A DNA stretch of 64,000 nucleotides, from NCBI GenBank assembly GCA_017513085.1, contig JAFWDK010000029.1:1-64000 (forward strand), read 5' to 3'. Of this stretch, positions 39,080 to 49,390 are shown piece by piece; positions within the stretch are counted from its first letter, which is position 1; every line of letters begins with the position of its first letter. Source of the DNA: Clostridiales bacterium (lineage in GTDB: Bacteria > Bacillota > Clostridia > Saccharofermentanales > Saccharofermentanaceae). Made by a program: the position numbers and the translations under genes. Under the pieces are notes generated by a model that ran no database searches, had not been told where the DNA came from, and was given only the letters and a program-made list of their open reading frames with translations.

Positions 39080-40552
39080 ATGTTAAAGAACGCATATTTA
39101 AACGAAAAACCCGAAAAAGAAATGCTCAAACAACGGCTGAAAGAACAGGAAGATCTTCTGTTTGTGAATCAGAACAAGATCAAGGATAACAAATTACCTG
39201 TGGTGGTTCTCGTTGAAGGCTGGGGAACAGCCGGTAAGGGGACGCTTATCGGCAATGTCATCAATAATATCGACCCGCGTTTTTATAAAGTTGCTACCTT
39301 CGATATGCCGACGGATCAGGAGAAGAGGAAACCATTTCTTTGCAGGTATTTCGAGGCGCTTCCGGAAGCGGGTAAATTCCGTTTTTATAACACCGGATGG
39401 ATGAATGAGATCGTGATGGGAAGACTTGACGGTTCCATGTCTGATCCGCTTTATGAAAAAAGGATCGCGAGCATCCGCAGATTCGAACGCCAGCTTACGG
39501 ATAATGGTTATCTTGTATTGAAGTTCTTTATGCATATTTCCGAAGAAGAGCAGAAGAAAAGGATCGACAATCTGAAATCGGATATCGACACAAAGTGGCG
39601 TGTCAGCAACGATGACCTCTGGCAGAATAAACACTATAAAGATTGCGAAAAGATCTTCGAAAAATATCTTGAAGATACGGATACTTCTTCTGCCCCATGG
39701 TATATCATCGACGCGAAATCCATGAAGTGGGCAGAACTCCAAGTGCTTGAGCGCATGAACGAAGGTATCGATATTGCGCTTCAGAATCACTCTCTGGCAG
39801 TGCCGCTTCTGCAAAATACATTCCCGCTGGTGAAGATGCCGAAGCTCTCGGATATTCCTCTTAAGGGGAAAGAATTGACCGAAGAGGAATACAAGGAAAA
39901 ACTCAATAAACTACAGGATCGTCTGTCCGAACTTCATAACCGTCTGTACAGAAAACGTGTGCCGCTGATCATTGCCTACGAAGGATGGGATGCAGCAGGA
40001 AAAGGCGGTAACATTAAGCGCATTGCCGAGGCCCTGGATCCGAGAGGGTACGAGGTGCATCCTATTGCCAGCCCGGAACCGCATGAAAAGGCACGTCACT
40101 ATCTGTGGCGTTTTTGGACAAGACTTCCGAAGGACGGACACGTTGCGATCTTTGACCGCACATGGTACGGCCGTGTGATGGTGGAACGGATCGAGGGTTT
40201 CTGCTCGGAGAATGATTGGAAGCGCGCTTATAACGAGATCAATGAGTTTGAAAAAGAACTCGATGACTGGGGCGCAGTCATTATCAAGTTCTGGGTGCAG
40301 ATCGATAAAGATACGCAGTTAGAGAGATTTACTGACCGTCAGAATACGCCGGAAAAGCAATGGAAGATCACGGACGAAGACTGGCGTAACAGAGAAAAGT
40401 GGGATATCTACGAAGACGCCATCGACGAAATGATCCAGAAGACGAGCACCAAGTTTGCTCCTTGGTATATTCTCGAATCCGTGGACAAAAAATACGCGCG
40501 CATCAAGGCACTCCAAATCGTGATCGATGCTTTGGAGAAAAAACTGAAATAA
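39080..40552 (+). CDS. Polyphosphate:AMP phosphotransferase (two-domain PPK2)
   Basis: Two PPK2 domains: EGWGTAGKG and EGWDAAGKGG; FDRTWYGRV; WKITDEDWRNR. Confidence 0.9.
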   Translation: MLKNAYLNEKPEKEMLKQRLKEQEDLLFVNQNKIKDNKLPVVVLVEGWGTAGKGTLIGNVINNIDPRFYKVATFDMPTDQEKRKPFLCRYFEALPEAGKFRFYNTGWMNEIVMGRLDGSMSDPLYEKRIASIRRFERQLTDNGYLVLKFFMHISEEEQKKRIDNLKSDIDTKWRVSNDDLWQNKHYKDCEKIFEKYLEDTDTSSAPWYIIDAKSMKWAELQVLERMNEGIDIALQNHSLAVPLLQNTFPLVKMPKLSDIPLKGKELTEEEYKEKLNKLQDRLSELHNRLYRKRVPLIIAYEGWDAAGKGGNIKRIAEALDPRGYEVHPIASPEPHEKARHYLWRFWTRLPKDGHVAIFDRTWYGRVMVERIEGFCSENDWKRAYNEINEFEKELDDWGAVIIKFWVQIDKDTQLERFTDRQNTPEKQWKITDEDWRNREKWDIYEDAIDEMIQKTSTKFAPWYILESVDKKYARIKALQIVIDALEKKLK

Positions 40553-40555
40553 GCC

Positions 40556-42559
40556 TTACGGCGTCAGAAAACGATCCCTGCCGGCATTGTGCGATTTTTT
40601 CATTTCGTACATGGCGGTATCTGCTATACGGAGATATTCTTCAGAGTAATGACGGAGGATCTCTTCGCTCAACTCATCGCAAGTCGTTCCTTCCGGAGAC
40701 GTAAGTTTCTTCGGAGGGATCTTGACGCAGAAACCTGCGCTGACTCTAAAAGAGAATTCCTTCTTGTCTCTGACCAGATGATTGTCGATATATTCATACA
40801 GAGTGCTTGTATAAGCATTTGCTTTCGCTTCGGTATAATCCTTGGCTAAGACGACGAATTCGTCGCCGCCGGTGCGCAGACAAACTTCGCCGGAGGTGGC
40901 AGCATAACGCATGCCGTCAGCGATCGTGCTGAGGCAGTAATCTCCCTCGGCATGACCATAATTGTCGTTGATCAGCTTCAAATCATCCATGTCGATCATC
41001 ATGGTGCAGAGCGGGATCCGCTTCTTCCAGCATTCACTGAAGATCTCCGAGAAGACCGGTTCATAGGCATGCCGGTTGAACAGATTGGTCAGCATGTCAC
41101 GGTTATAAAGATTCTCCAGACGCTGCACGGTCATATTCAGCTTTTGCCTTATTCTCCAGTTCTCAAGCATAGAACCGAGGTTAACGAGCCAGGATTTCAT
41201 GAACAGAGATTCGTGTGCGTGGTTCTGCGGAGTAACAATGATGTATCCCATGTAGTACTGAAGGTGATGGATCGCAAAAATATAGTACGGGTTCGGATCG
41301 TTCAGTAAGTCTGGTGGAAGAAGATCCTTCTTATGGAAAGTCCTCCGCTTGGCCGGCTTGTTTCCGATAAATCCCGCCACGACAGTCATCTCTTCGTCAA
41401 GTTTGGAAAAATCAGGAGGAATCACCCGCTGCTGTTCCCAGTTTGGCGCGAGACATAAAAGCAGATTCGAGAAACCGGAGTTAATAGAAGAATTCTTCGT
41501 GATCTCTTCAAAACAATCCTCCATTGTTTCGGCGCTGCTGACGCTCAAAATGAGGTTGGTCGTCGAAACGGCCAGATCCGATACACGATCGAGACGTCGA
41601 GTATAAATGCTACGGATGTCGTCGATGTTGTATGTGTTCATCGGCTTACAGCCACAAGATTGATTACACAAAAGATCTCCAAGAATGAGTTTGTGAGAGA
41701 GAGGTTCTTGAGTATCCCAGAAATGCTGAAGCGTATAAATGCCATCGTAGCCGGATTGATAGAACGGCTGTGCACCGGTCGTAATGGATGGATAACCTTG
41801 TCGTGCTTCTTCCAGACCATCGAAGCCGGTGATCAGAATATCTCCGGGAATGTCTATCCCGCGTGTGTGACAGGCGTCGACCAGACCGACTGCGGAATAG
41901 TCATTCGCGCACACAATAGCATCCGGGTATTTCTTTCCGTGCTTCTTGCAGTCCTCGAGGATATAGTCCAACGCAGGCTCGCCGCAATCGTGCCATAGTG
42001 TACCATAGTAGACTTTCGCCGGATCGTATTCGATACCGTTTGCTTCCAATGCTTGCCGGTAGGCATCGATGCGTGGCTGGGTAAAAGCACGCTCCTTCAG
42101 TCCGGCCAGGTGATAGATATCTTTGCAGCCATGAACAGTGATCAAATGCTCGACAATATTAAAAAAGGACTTGTCTTCGTCATTTACGATGCTGGGGTAA
42201 CGTTCGTCGAATCCTCCGACGTTGACAATAGGCAGCTTGGTCTTGGAAAGTCGCTCGTCAAGATGATGAAGGGTGTAAGGACCATAGGTGAGGTCAATAC
42301 GGACAATACCGTCGAAATCATCAAAATCAGGAAGCTCAAATACGACGACATCGCCTTCGTCATAGTCGGCATATTGTTCATAGATCTCACTACTGAAAGA
42401 ATCACTGAAGCTGGCAAAGAAGATGAGCTTGATATCCAGTTCGAGGGCAGCTTTAGTAATGCCCTCCGCAATAGCATGCGTCATTGGTTCATATATATTT
42501 GCAGTAAAAACAGCTACTTTCTTTCTCGCCATTGTCCTGTGCTCCATATCTTTTGCCAT
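40556..42559 (-). CDS. Diguanylate cyclase with LacI-type sugar-binding domain (no HTH)
   Basis: DAIVCANDYSA, ITGFD and PSITT sugar-binding fold; DMLTNLFNR, DMDDLKLINDNYGH and intact GGDEF. Confidence 0.85.
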   Translation of the reverse strand: MAKDMEHRTMARKKVAVFTANIYEPMTHAIAEGITKAALELDIKLIFFASFSDSFSSEIYEQYADYDEGDVVVFELPDFDDFDGIVRIDLTYGPYTLHHLDERLSKTKLPIVNVGGFDERYPSIVNDEDKSFFNIVEHLITVHGCKDIYHLAGLKERAFTQPRIDAYRQALEANGIEYDPAKVYYGTLWHDCGEPALDYILEDCKKHGKKYPDAIVCANDYSAVGLVDACHTRGIDIPGDILITGFDGLEEARQGYPSITTGAQPFYQSGYDGIYTLQHFWDTQEPLSHKLILGDLLCNQSCGCKPMNTYNIDDIRSIYTRRLDRVSDLAVSTTNLILSVSSAETMEDCFEEITKNSSINSGFSNLLLCLAPNWEQQRVIPPDFSKLDEEMTVVAGFIGNKPAKRRTFHKKDLLPPDLLNDPNPYYIFAIHHLQYYMGYIIVTPQNHAHESLFMKSWLVNLGSMLENWRIRQKLNMTVQRLENLYNRDMLTNLFNRHAYEPVFSEIFSECWKKRIPLCTMMIDMDDLKLINDNYGHAEGDYCLSTIADGMRYAATSGEVCLRTGGDEFVVLAKDYTEAKANAYTSTLYEYIDNHLVRDKKEFSFRVSAGFCVKIPPKKLTSPEGTTCDELSEEILRHYSEEYLRIADTAMYEMKKSHNAGRDRFLTP

Positions 42560-42710
42560 GTGCGAACTAAACCAATCTTATAATACTACAAAGAACCATA
42601 AAAAATGTTGCGAAGTTATGAACAGTTTGCGTGTTATAAACAGGAATATAAGGAATCTTCGATTGCGGACTTGGGAGCGTCCGGCACGGTCCGCGAATTT
42701 GCCTGGCTTC

Positions 42711-42738
42711 TTGAAACTTCTCGTGATTTCCATATAAT
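42711..42738 (+). promoter_or_regulatory. Putative sigma-A promoter of the hydratase gene
   Basis: TTGAAA-N16-TATAAT. Confidence 0.55.
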
Positions 42739-42827
42739 AGATATGTTTAGTGAATAAGGATCCGGCATGTGATCATTCCCAAAGAGGAGATATCGCCTGA
42801 TCCCGCATATATCAAGGAGGTTTTTGT

Positions 42828-45116
42828 ATGATTTCATTACTTGATTCCGGCGCGTACCTGATCCGTGGTACGGAGATCATCCCGGACAACCAGGAGGCAG
42901 CCGCTGCGATTGCTGCGAAGACCGGCAAAACAGTGACGAAGGAAGAGGCAAAGAAAGAGACCATCGCTTATGGTATTTTGAGAGATCACAATACCTCCGG
43001 CAATATGGAGAAACTGAAGATCAAGTTCGATAAACTGACTTCCCACGATATCACATTCGTAGGTATTATCCAGACTGCTCGTGCTTCCGGACTTCAGAAA
43101 TTCCCGGTTCCGTATGTTCTGACGAACTGCCATAACTCTCTTTGCGCAGTTGGCGGAACGATCAATGAAGATGACCACATGTTTGGTCTTTCCTGCGCTA
43201 AGAAGTACGGTGGTGTTTATGTACCACCGCATCAGGCTGTTATCCATCAGTTTGCACGTGAGATGCTTGCCGGTGGCGGCAAGATGATCCTGGGTTCGGA
43301 CTCCCACACACGTTACGGTGCCCTTGGTACCATGGCAATGGGTGAAGGCGGACCGGAACTGGTTAAGCAGCTTCTCAACCAGACATATGACATCAATATG
43401 CCGGGCGTAGTCGCGATCTACCTCAAGGGCGCACCGGTAAAGGGCGTTGGTCCGCAGGACGTCGCTCTCGCGATCATCGGCGCCGTTTTTGCTAACGGCT
43501 ACGTAAAGAACAAGGTCATGGAGTTTGTCGGACCTGGCGTAAAGTCTCTCTCGACTGACTTCCGTATCGGTGTAGACGTAATGACTACTGAGACAACATG
43601 TCTGTCCTCCATCTGGCAGACAGATGACGAAGTGAAGAGCTTCTACGATATTCACGGACGTTCCGGTGATTATAAAGAACTGAATCCGGGTGAAGTGGCG
43701 TACTATGATGGCGTGGTCGAGATCGATCTTTCCACGATCCGTCCGATGATCGCTATGCCGTTCCATCCGAGCAACACCTACACGATCGAAGAACTCAAGG
43801 CAAATCTTGACGATATCCTGAACGATGTTGAGAAGCGTGCAAAGGTTTCTCTCGGCGATGCTGTGGATTTCTCCTTGAGAAGCAAGGTCGTGAACGGAAA
43901 GTTTATGGTGGATCAGGGAATCATTGCCGGATGCGCCGGCGGTGGATTTGAAAATATCTGCGCCGCGGCAGACATTCTGAAGGGTAACTACATTGGCTCC
44001 GATAAGTTCACTCTTTCCGTTTATCCGGCTTCTATGCCTGTTTATATGGAACTTGTTAGAAATGGTTGCGCGGCAACGATCATGGAGACCGGTGCCATCA
44101 TCAAGACTGCTTTCTGCGGACCGTGCTTCGGAGCAGGAGATACGCCTGCTAATAATGCGTTCAGTATCCGTCATAGTACGAGAAACTTCCCGAACAGAGA
44201 GGGAAGTAAACTCCAGAATGGTCAGATTTCTTCTGTTGCCCTCATGGATGCTCGTTCCATTGCAGCGACAGCAGCAAATAAAGGCGAGCTGACCGCGGCG
44301 ACCGAGTTTGACGGAGAGATCGGTAAGTATAAGTACTTCTTTGATTCCAAGATCTATGCGAACCGGGTATTTGATTCCAAGGGTGTCGCTGATCCTTCCC
44401 AGGAGATCCACTTTGGTCCGAATATTAAAGACTGGCCGGCAATGGTCGCTCTGACAGACAATCTGGTACTTCGCTGTGTTTCCGAGATCCATGATCCGGT
44501 AACTACGACTGATGAATTGATTCCGTCCGGAGAGACTTCTTCTTACCGTTCCAATCCGCTCGGTCTTGCTGAGTTCACTCTGAGCCGTAAGGATCCGGAG
44601 TATGTCGGACGTGCGAAAGAGATCCAGAAGGTCGAGAAGGCTAGAGAAGAAGATAAGAAACTCTGTGAGTTGTTCCCGGAGATCCATATTGTGATGCAGA
44701 CTATCAAGAAGGACTTCCCGGAAGTGCATCGCTCCAACACAGGATTCGGTTCCACCATCTTTGCCGTGAAACCAGGTGACGGTTCAGCTCGTGAGCAGGC
44801 TGCTTCCTGCCAGAAAGTGCTTGGCGGCTGGGCAAATATCGCTAATGAATATGCAACCAAGCGTTACAGAAGCAATTTGATCAACTGGGGTATGCTCCCG
44901 TTCCTCATTGAGGAAGGCGAGCTGCCGTTTAAGAATCTTGATTACATCTTTATTCCGGGTATCCGTGAAGCAGTAGAGAAGAAAACCGAGGTCATCAAAG
45001 CTTACACGGTTACGGAGAGCGGTCTGAAGGAATTTGACCTGCGTCTTGGAGATCTTACTGATGAAGAGCGCCAGATCATTTTGAAAGGCTGCCTGATCAA
45101 CTATAACCGGGTATAA
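42828..45116 (+). CDS. Aconitase-family hydratase (YbhJ-like, Fe-S)
   Basis: [42 protein letters not shown] and GSAREQA. Confidence 0.88.
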   Translation: MISLLDSGAYLIRGTEIIPDNQEAAAAIAAKTGKTVTKEEAKKETIAYGILRDHNTSGNMEKLKIKFDKLTSHDITFVGIIQTARASGLQKFPVPYVLTNCHNSLCAVGGTINEDDHMFGLSCAKKYGGVYVPPHQAVIHQFAREMLAGGGKMILGSDSHTRYGALGTMAMGEGGPELVKQLLNQTYDINMPGVVAIYLKGAPVKGVGPQDVALAIIGAVFANGYVKNKVMEFVGPGVKSLSTDFRIGVDVMTTETTCLSSIWQTDDEVKSFYDIHGRSGDYKELNPGEVAYYDGVVEIDLSTIRPMIAMPFHPSNTYTIEELKANLDDILNDVEKRAKVSLGDAVDFSLRSKVVNGKFMVDQGIIAGCAGGGFENICAAADILKGNYIGSDKFTLSVYPASMPVYMELVRNGCAATIMETGAIIKTAFCGPCFGAGDTPANNAFSIRHSTRNFPNREGSKLQNGQISSVALMDARSIAATAANKGELTAATEFDGEIGKYKYFFDSKIYANRVFDSKGVADPSQEIHFGPNIKDWPAMVALTDNLVLRCVSEIHDPVTTTDELIPSGETSSYRSNPLGLAEFTLSRKDPEYVGRAKEIQKVEKAREEDKKLCELFPEIHIVMQTIKKDFPEVHRSNTGFGSTIFAVKPGDGSAREQAASCQKVLGGWANIANEYATKRYRSNLINWGMLPFLIEEGELPFKNLDYIFIPGIREAVEKKTEVIKAYTVTESGLKEFDLRLGDLTDEERQIILKGCLINYNRV

Positions 45117-45140
45117 TTGGTTCTGAAATAATGACACTGA

Positions 45141-45179
45141 AGAAGGCGCTATCTCAAACAAATGAGGTAGCGCCTTTTT
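45141..45179 (+). terminator. Intrinsic terminator
   Basis: AAGGCGCTATCTCA...TGAGGTAGCGCCTT followed by a T-run. Confidence 0.85.
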
Positions 45180-45222
45180 AGGTCAACAAGAATGGACGGA
45201 AAATATTGTCCGACCTGAAGGA

Positions 45223-46509
45223 TCAGACAGAAGCACAGGTCCCGAGAAATACAGGAATACCTGTCTCCATATCAACGATTGCATAGACGAATGGGCGGTT
45301 GCAGCATACGGAACGTGTATGAATGCTGGGTTCTCCATACTTATTCATGATCACGGCCGTTGCAGCGGCAGCAGTCGTACCTTCCCGGCTTACTTCGATA
45401 TGTGTCTGATGGATCACGTTTTTGATGTAGACTTTGTCCGGAGTCATAAGACTGAAGTCTGCGCTGGCAGGATCGAAAGGGGCAACCATTCCCATATCTT
45501 GCAGTACATCGGGAAGTTCGATCCGATAGTCGGTTGAAAACTCAGGAAACATTACTCTGACTTCGGAGGATATGCGTGAATTCCAGATCTCCCAGTACTT
45601 TTCCGGTGTCAAAGAAGAGATAAAAGAGCTGATATCGGTATTGCTATCTTCAGGAAGAAGCGCCATGAAGCCGAATTTTCCATCTTTGTAAGGTTTGATA
45701 AATCCGGTAGCGTCATTGCCGGACAAGTATGTGTTCTCCGTGCTGTTTAAGAACATGACGCTTTGTGTATCATTTTCTCCCCTGATAAATAAGCCTTCAT
45801 GGATGTCTCTTTCACTCAAAGCGGTCTCCCATTCGCTTTCAAAAGAAATAGCATTGATCAATACCATGATCGATAGTGGATCAATATCAGTTGGAGTGAG
45901 AAGGTCCTTTATTTTTCCGTCGGTTTTTCCTTCCACCCACTTATTGATAGTATTTACGATACCGTCCTGAAAAGAACGGATATTGATTGCAGCATCGAAG
46001 TGACGGGAGACATAGTCCGAATATGGCTTAAAGATGCTCTGGGAATCGTTCTGGTTGATCCAGATGGAATTGGCGATGTGCAGCGAGTCGTTCCGGAGAT
46101 GCTCCATACGGTCAACGGCAAACCGGAACGATTCTGTATTTCTAATGCCCGGCATCATGGTTTGAAGCATCTGATCCAGTGTGGTGCCATTGGCTCCGGC
46201 AGCTGTCATTTCAAGTGCGAACAAGAGCGAATCAGGAGAGATCAATACGTTTGTGGTATCACTTTGTTCCACACACCGTTTCATGACTTCAAAAACAAAT
46301 CTGGTATAGGCCATTCGCAATTCCTCTTCTGATGCCTGGTCAGAGGAACTGCCGCTACCCATAAGATCAAAAACGGCTGTCTCATCACCGATATAAGGAA
46401 CCTCGTTGGCAGAAGCGACTTCGTGAAGTTGCGTGCTGTTTTTTCGGCAACCTGCTGAAATCGGTAGAATGAATGACAGTGTAAGTAGTATGCTTGCGAT
46501 TTTTTTCAT
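45223..46509 (-). CDS. Serpin (serine protease inhibitor) lipoprotein
   Basis: Lipobox ISAGC; NVLISPDS, INKWVEGKT.GKI, LINAISFESEW, hinge EGTTAAAATA and NRPFVYAI. Confidence 0.92.
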   Translation of the reverse strand: MKKIASILLTLSFILPISAGCRKNSTQLHEVASANEVPYIGDETAVFDLMGSGSSSDQASEEELRMAYTRFVFEVMKRCVEQSDTTNVLISPDSLLFALEMTAAGANGTTLDQMLQTMMPGIRNTESFRFAVDRMEHLRNDSLHIANSIWINQNDSQSIFKPYSDYVSRHFDAAINIRSFQDGIVNTINKWVEGKTDGKIKDLLTPTDIDPLSIMVLINAISFESEWETALSERDIHEGLFIRGENDTQSVMFLNSTENTYLSGNDATGFIKPYKDGKFGFMALLPEDSNTDISSFISSLTPEKYWEIWNSRISSEVRVMFPEFSTDYRIELPDVLQDMGMVAPFDPASADFSLMTPDKVYIKNVIHQTHIEVSREGTTAAAATAVIMNKYGEPSIHTRSVCCNRPFVYAIVDMETGIPVFLGTCASV

Positions 46510-46598
46510 TTTTCTTTTCCTCTTTTTGCTTGTATACATATAAGACGAAGAAAAGGAGGATTCTGTTGCAGATATGCTTTACAGAAAAAGACAAATGA

Positions 46599-47546
46599 TT
46601 ACATTTCGAGAGTTGTCTTTCTTACGAAGTTATCGAAAAGATACGCGGCATAGCGCTGGTAGATCGCATCCCGGCCGATTTCGTTATGTGGCTCGTGCCG
46701 CATGCCGTGACGAATATCCAATGTGACTTTTTCCTGCCCCGAGGCAATCAGCTTGTTGTAGATCTTCCGCGGACCCGCTCCATAATCGCCTACAGGATCC
46801 TCGTCGCCGGAAAGGATCAGGATCGGTTTGTTCTTTGGGATCTTCTGATACCATTCTTCTGAATTACAGTTCTCCAAAAGATTAAACATATCTATATATG
46901 CAGAGTGAGTAAATTTGAACGTGCAAAAAGGATCACCGGTATAACGCTTGACGACTTCCTGATCGTAAGAGATCCAGTCGCTTTGCGTGATCGGATTTTT
47001 AATTTTTTTCATGTAGTTGGTGTTGATCAATTCTGAGATCAGTTCAGCCGGTTTTCTGTCCCGGAGGAAAAAGCGCTGCACCTTGGCCAGAACGCGAAGT
47101 GGTTTCATGAGAGAAGGTGTCACGGCGGTTCCGGAAAGAATGATACCGTCGCAGCTCTCGCCATACTTGGCGTACCAGTTTCTTACGATAAAAGAACCCA
47201 TTGAGTGTCCCAGTAGCACATATGGTTTTCCCGGATAACTCTCGGCCATGATCTGATGCAGTTTTTCGACATCTTCAATCAGAAAGCCTGCGCCTCCGCG
47301 CTTAGCAAAGAATCCGAAAGTATCTTTGCTTCCGACGCTCTGGCCATGTCCTAAATGGTCTTCTCCGCATACTACATATCCCTTCTCGGCGAGATAGAGA
47401 GCTAAAACAGTATACCGTCCCATATATTCACACATGCCGTGAACGATCTGCACGACGCCGCGCGCCGGAACCGATGGGGTCCAGATAAAATAGGAAATGG
47501 CGGTCTTGCCGTCGGAGCTGGTATATGTATTCTTCTGAAAAGACAT
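46599..47546 (-). CDS. Alpha/beta hydrolase (lysophospholipase/monoacylglycerol lipase-like)
   Basis: VHGMCEY, DHLGHG, GHSMG nucleophile elbow, SGDEDPV and RHE. Confidence 0.88.
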   Translation of the reverse strand: MSFQKNTYTSSDGKTAISYFIWTPSVPARGVVQIVHGMCEYMGRYTVLALYLAEKGYVVCGEDHLGHGQSVGSKDTFGFFAKRGGAGFLIEDVEKLHQIMAESYPGKPYVLLGHSMGSFIVRNWYAKYGESCDGIILSGTAVTPSLMKPLRVLAKVQRFFLRDRKPAELISELINTNYMKKIKNPITQSDWISYDQEVVKRYTGDPFCTFKFTHSAYIDMFNLLENCNSEEWYQKIPKNKPILILSGDEDPVGDYGAGPRKIYNKLIASGQEKVTLDIRHGMRHEPHNEIGRDAIYQRYAAYLFDNFVRKTTLEM

Positions 47547-47645
47547 AAGAAAAACGACTCCTTTTTCCGGATGGATTCTTCTTACTCATTATACACTTTC
47601 TGCTGTGAAAAACGAGATGAGACTGACCTTCACGAAGAATGCCAT

Positions 47646-47692
47646 ATGTTCGCTTGAACATTCTTGACAGTCACGTGACCGTGTGGTACTAT
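47646..47692 (+). promoter_or_regulatory. Sigma-A promoter with two palindromic candidate operators
   Basis: TTGACA (47664)-N17-TACTAT (47687) with extended TG; GTCACGTGAC in the spacer; ATGTTC-N4-GAACAT just upstream. Confidence 0.7.
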
Positions 47693-47721
47693 TTGATAAA
47701 AGCGAAGAAGGAGGTGTCAGA

Positions 47722-48246
47722 ATGGAGTTGCTATTACCGGGAACAATGATTTCGGTGTCCCAGAGCCATTTGGAGGATGTTGACCAGGTTTTCCGGCCGA
47801 TGTTTCTTTCAGGCGGATTGCAGCTAAGACAGGTCGTCGGACTCCTGGGAACGGAAGCGCACACGGTTCAGAACTGGGTGAAGCGTGGCTTCGTGGATTC
47901 ACCGGTCAAGAAATTCTACGATCAGGAACGTTTTGTAAGACTGGCACTTCTGAATTATTACAAAGATGTATTTTCTTTGGAGGAGATCATTCTTCTTTTG
48001 AATATGGTCCGGCAGGACAGCATGGTATATTCTGCATTATGTCTGCTTCTGGCACATTCTCCGATCGACCCGATCCGGGCGGAAACGAAATTCAATGAAA
48101 TGATCGAGGAAGCCATGTCCGCCCGCAGTTTTGATTATAAAAAGACCAGCAAGGAACAGGTCCGACGGTTATTGACGATCCTTTACACCGCACATCTTTC
48201 GATCGTTCTTAAGAGAGAAGCGGTAAAAATGGCGAAGGAAATCTGA
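47722..48246 (+). CDS. DUF1836 family protein (MerR-like HTH, probable regulator)
   Basis: LRQVVGL...TVQNWVKRG.V.SPVKKFY...KDVFSLEEI pattern; AGGAGG RBS. Confidence 0.75.
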   Translation: MELLLPGTMISVSQSHLEDVDQVFRPMFLSGGLQLRQVVGLLGTEAHTVQNWVKRGFVDSPVKKFYDQERFVRLALLNYYKDVFSLEEIILLLNMVRQDSMVYSALCLLLAHSPIDPIRAETKFNEMIEEAMSARSFDYKKTSKEQVRRLLTILYTAHLSIVLKREAVKMAKEI

Positions 48247-48267
48247 TCTGAAAGAGAGGAAAGAAAA

Positions 48268-49368
48268 ATGGATTATCTCATTAATTGGTTTGAATCAATG
48301 AATTTCGTGGAACAGATCTTTGCCTGTATAGCTGTTGTATTCACAGTCCTTCTTATCGTCCAGTTTGTGCTTCTTATGATTGGCGCAGCATCTCACGGAG
48401 GCGGCGACATGAACGGACACGATATGGGTGGAGATGGTCATGATTTCGGTCAGGGGCATGACATGGACGTCGGACATGATGGTGATTTCGGCGGACATGA
48501 TTTTGACCATGCCGGTACAGACTTTGATGCCGGTCACGATATCGGCGGACATGTACACGGTGACTTCGGACATGATTTCGGGCATGGTGATTTTGGAGGA
48601 TTCGACGGAGATGTATCCCATGATTTCGGACATGCTCCACAGGATGTGGGCGGAGACTTCAGCACGGATATGCACGACGGAATTGGACAGGTTGCTCACG
48701 ATGCTTCAGCAGATGCGGATGGAAGCTTCGATTACGACCACGATATGCAGGCCGGTCATACACATGTCGGACAAGTGATCCACGATTTCGGCCAAGTGCA
48801 GGGAAGCGTGGTCGTGGATGTACACAGTGGAGATATCTATCTGGCAGATGCTGCCCCGCATGAACTAATGTACAGAGGACCGGATGTCGGCATTCCGGAT
48901 CAGGATCTTCCGGATGGAAGAACATATATCGACCGGGCAGATAAACTGCATGGATCAGGATTCCGGCTCTTTACGACACAGGGAATCATCGCATTCTTCT
49001 GTATCTATGGATGGACTGGTCTGATCTTCATGAAACAGCTGGGACTGCATGGCGTTCCTGCTGCTCTCCTTGCCGCATTGTGCGGTTTCGTCGGAATGTT
49101 CTTGATGTCTCTTGCTCTTTGGGGCATGCTCAAGATACAATCAGATGGAACGATGAATATCAAGAATGCGCTTGGCAAATCCGGAGAAGTCTATATCCCG
49201 ATCCCGGGGAAGCGGGCAAACACCGGCAAAGTTATGGTAAAAGTCCAGGACCAGGTTACGGAATTTGACGCGGTCACGGACGATGATGAGAAGATCGGCA
49301 CCGGGTCTTTGATCACGGTGATCGGTATTACAAAGGGTACAACACTGATTGTGACCAAACATAGTTAA
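48268..49368 (+). CDS. NfeD/YuaF-like flotillin partner with a large His/Asp/Gly-rich insertion
   Basis: N-terminal TM, GHDF-type repeats, two more TMs and a C-terminal NfeD OB-fold (GKSGEVYIPIP...GKVMV...I.TG..ITV); adjacent to flotillin. Confidence 0.82.
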   Translation: MDYLINWFESMNFVEQIFACIAVVFTVLLIVQFVLLMIGAASHGGGDMNGHDMGGDGHDFGQGHDMDVGHDGDFGGHDFDHAGTDFDAGHDIGGHVHGDFGHDFGHGDFGGFDGDVSHDFGHAPQDVGGDFSTDMHDGIGQVAHDASADADGSFDYDHDMQAGHTHVGQVIHDFGQVQGSVVVDVHSGDIYLADAAPHELMYRGPDVGIPDQDLPDGRTYIDRADKLHGSGFRLFTTQGIIAFFCIYGWTGLIFMKQLGLHGVPAALLAALCGFVGMFLMSLALWGMLKIQSDGTMNIKNALGKSGEVYIPIPGKRANTGKVMVKVQDQVTEFDAVTDDDEKIGTGSLITVIGITKGTTLIVTKHS

Positions 49369-49390
49369 GAAGTAATAGGAGGAAACGAAA

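Noticed and set aside
42837-44729. 630-aa antisense ORF over the hydratase gene
   Set aside because: It is a codon-register mirror of a strongly biased gene and has no recognisable motifs.
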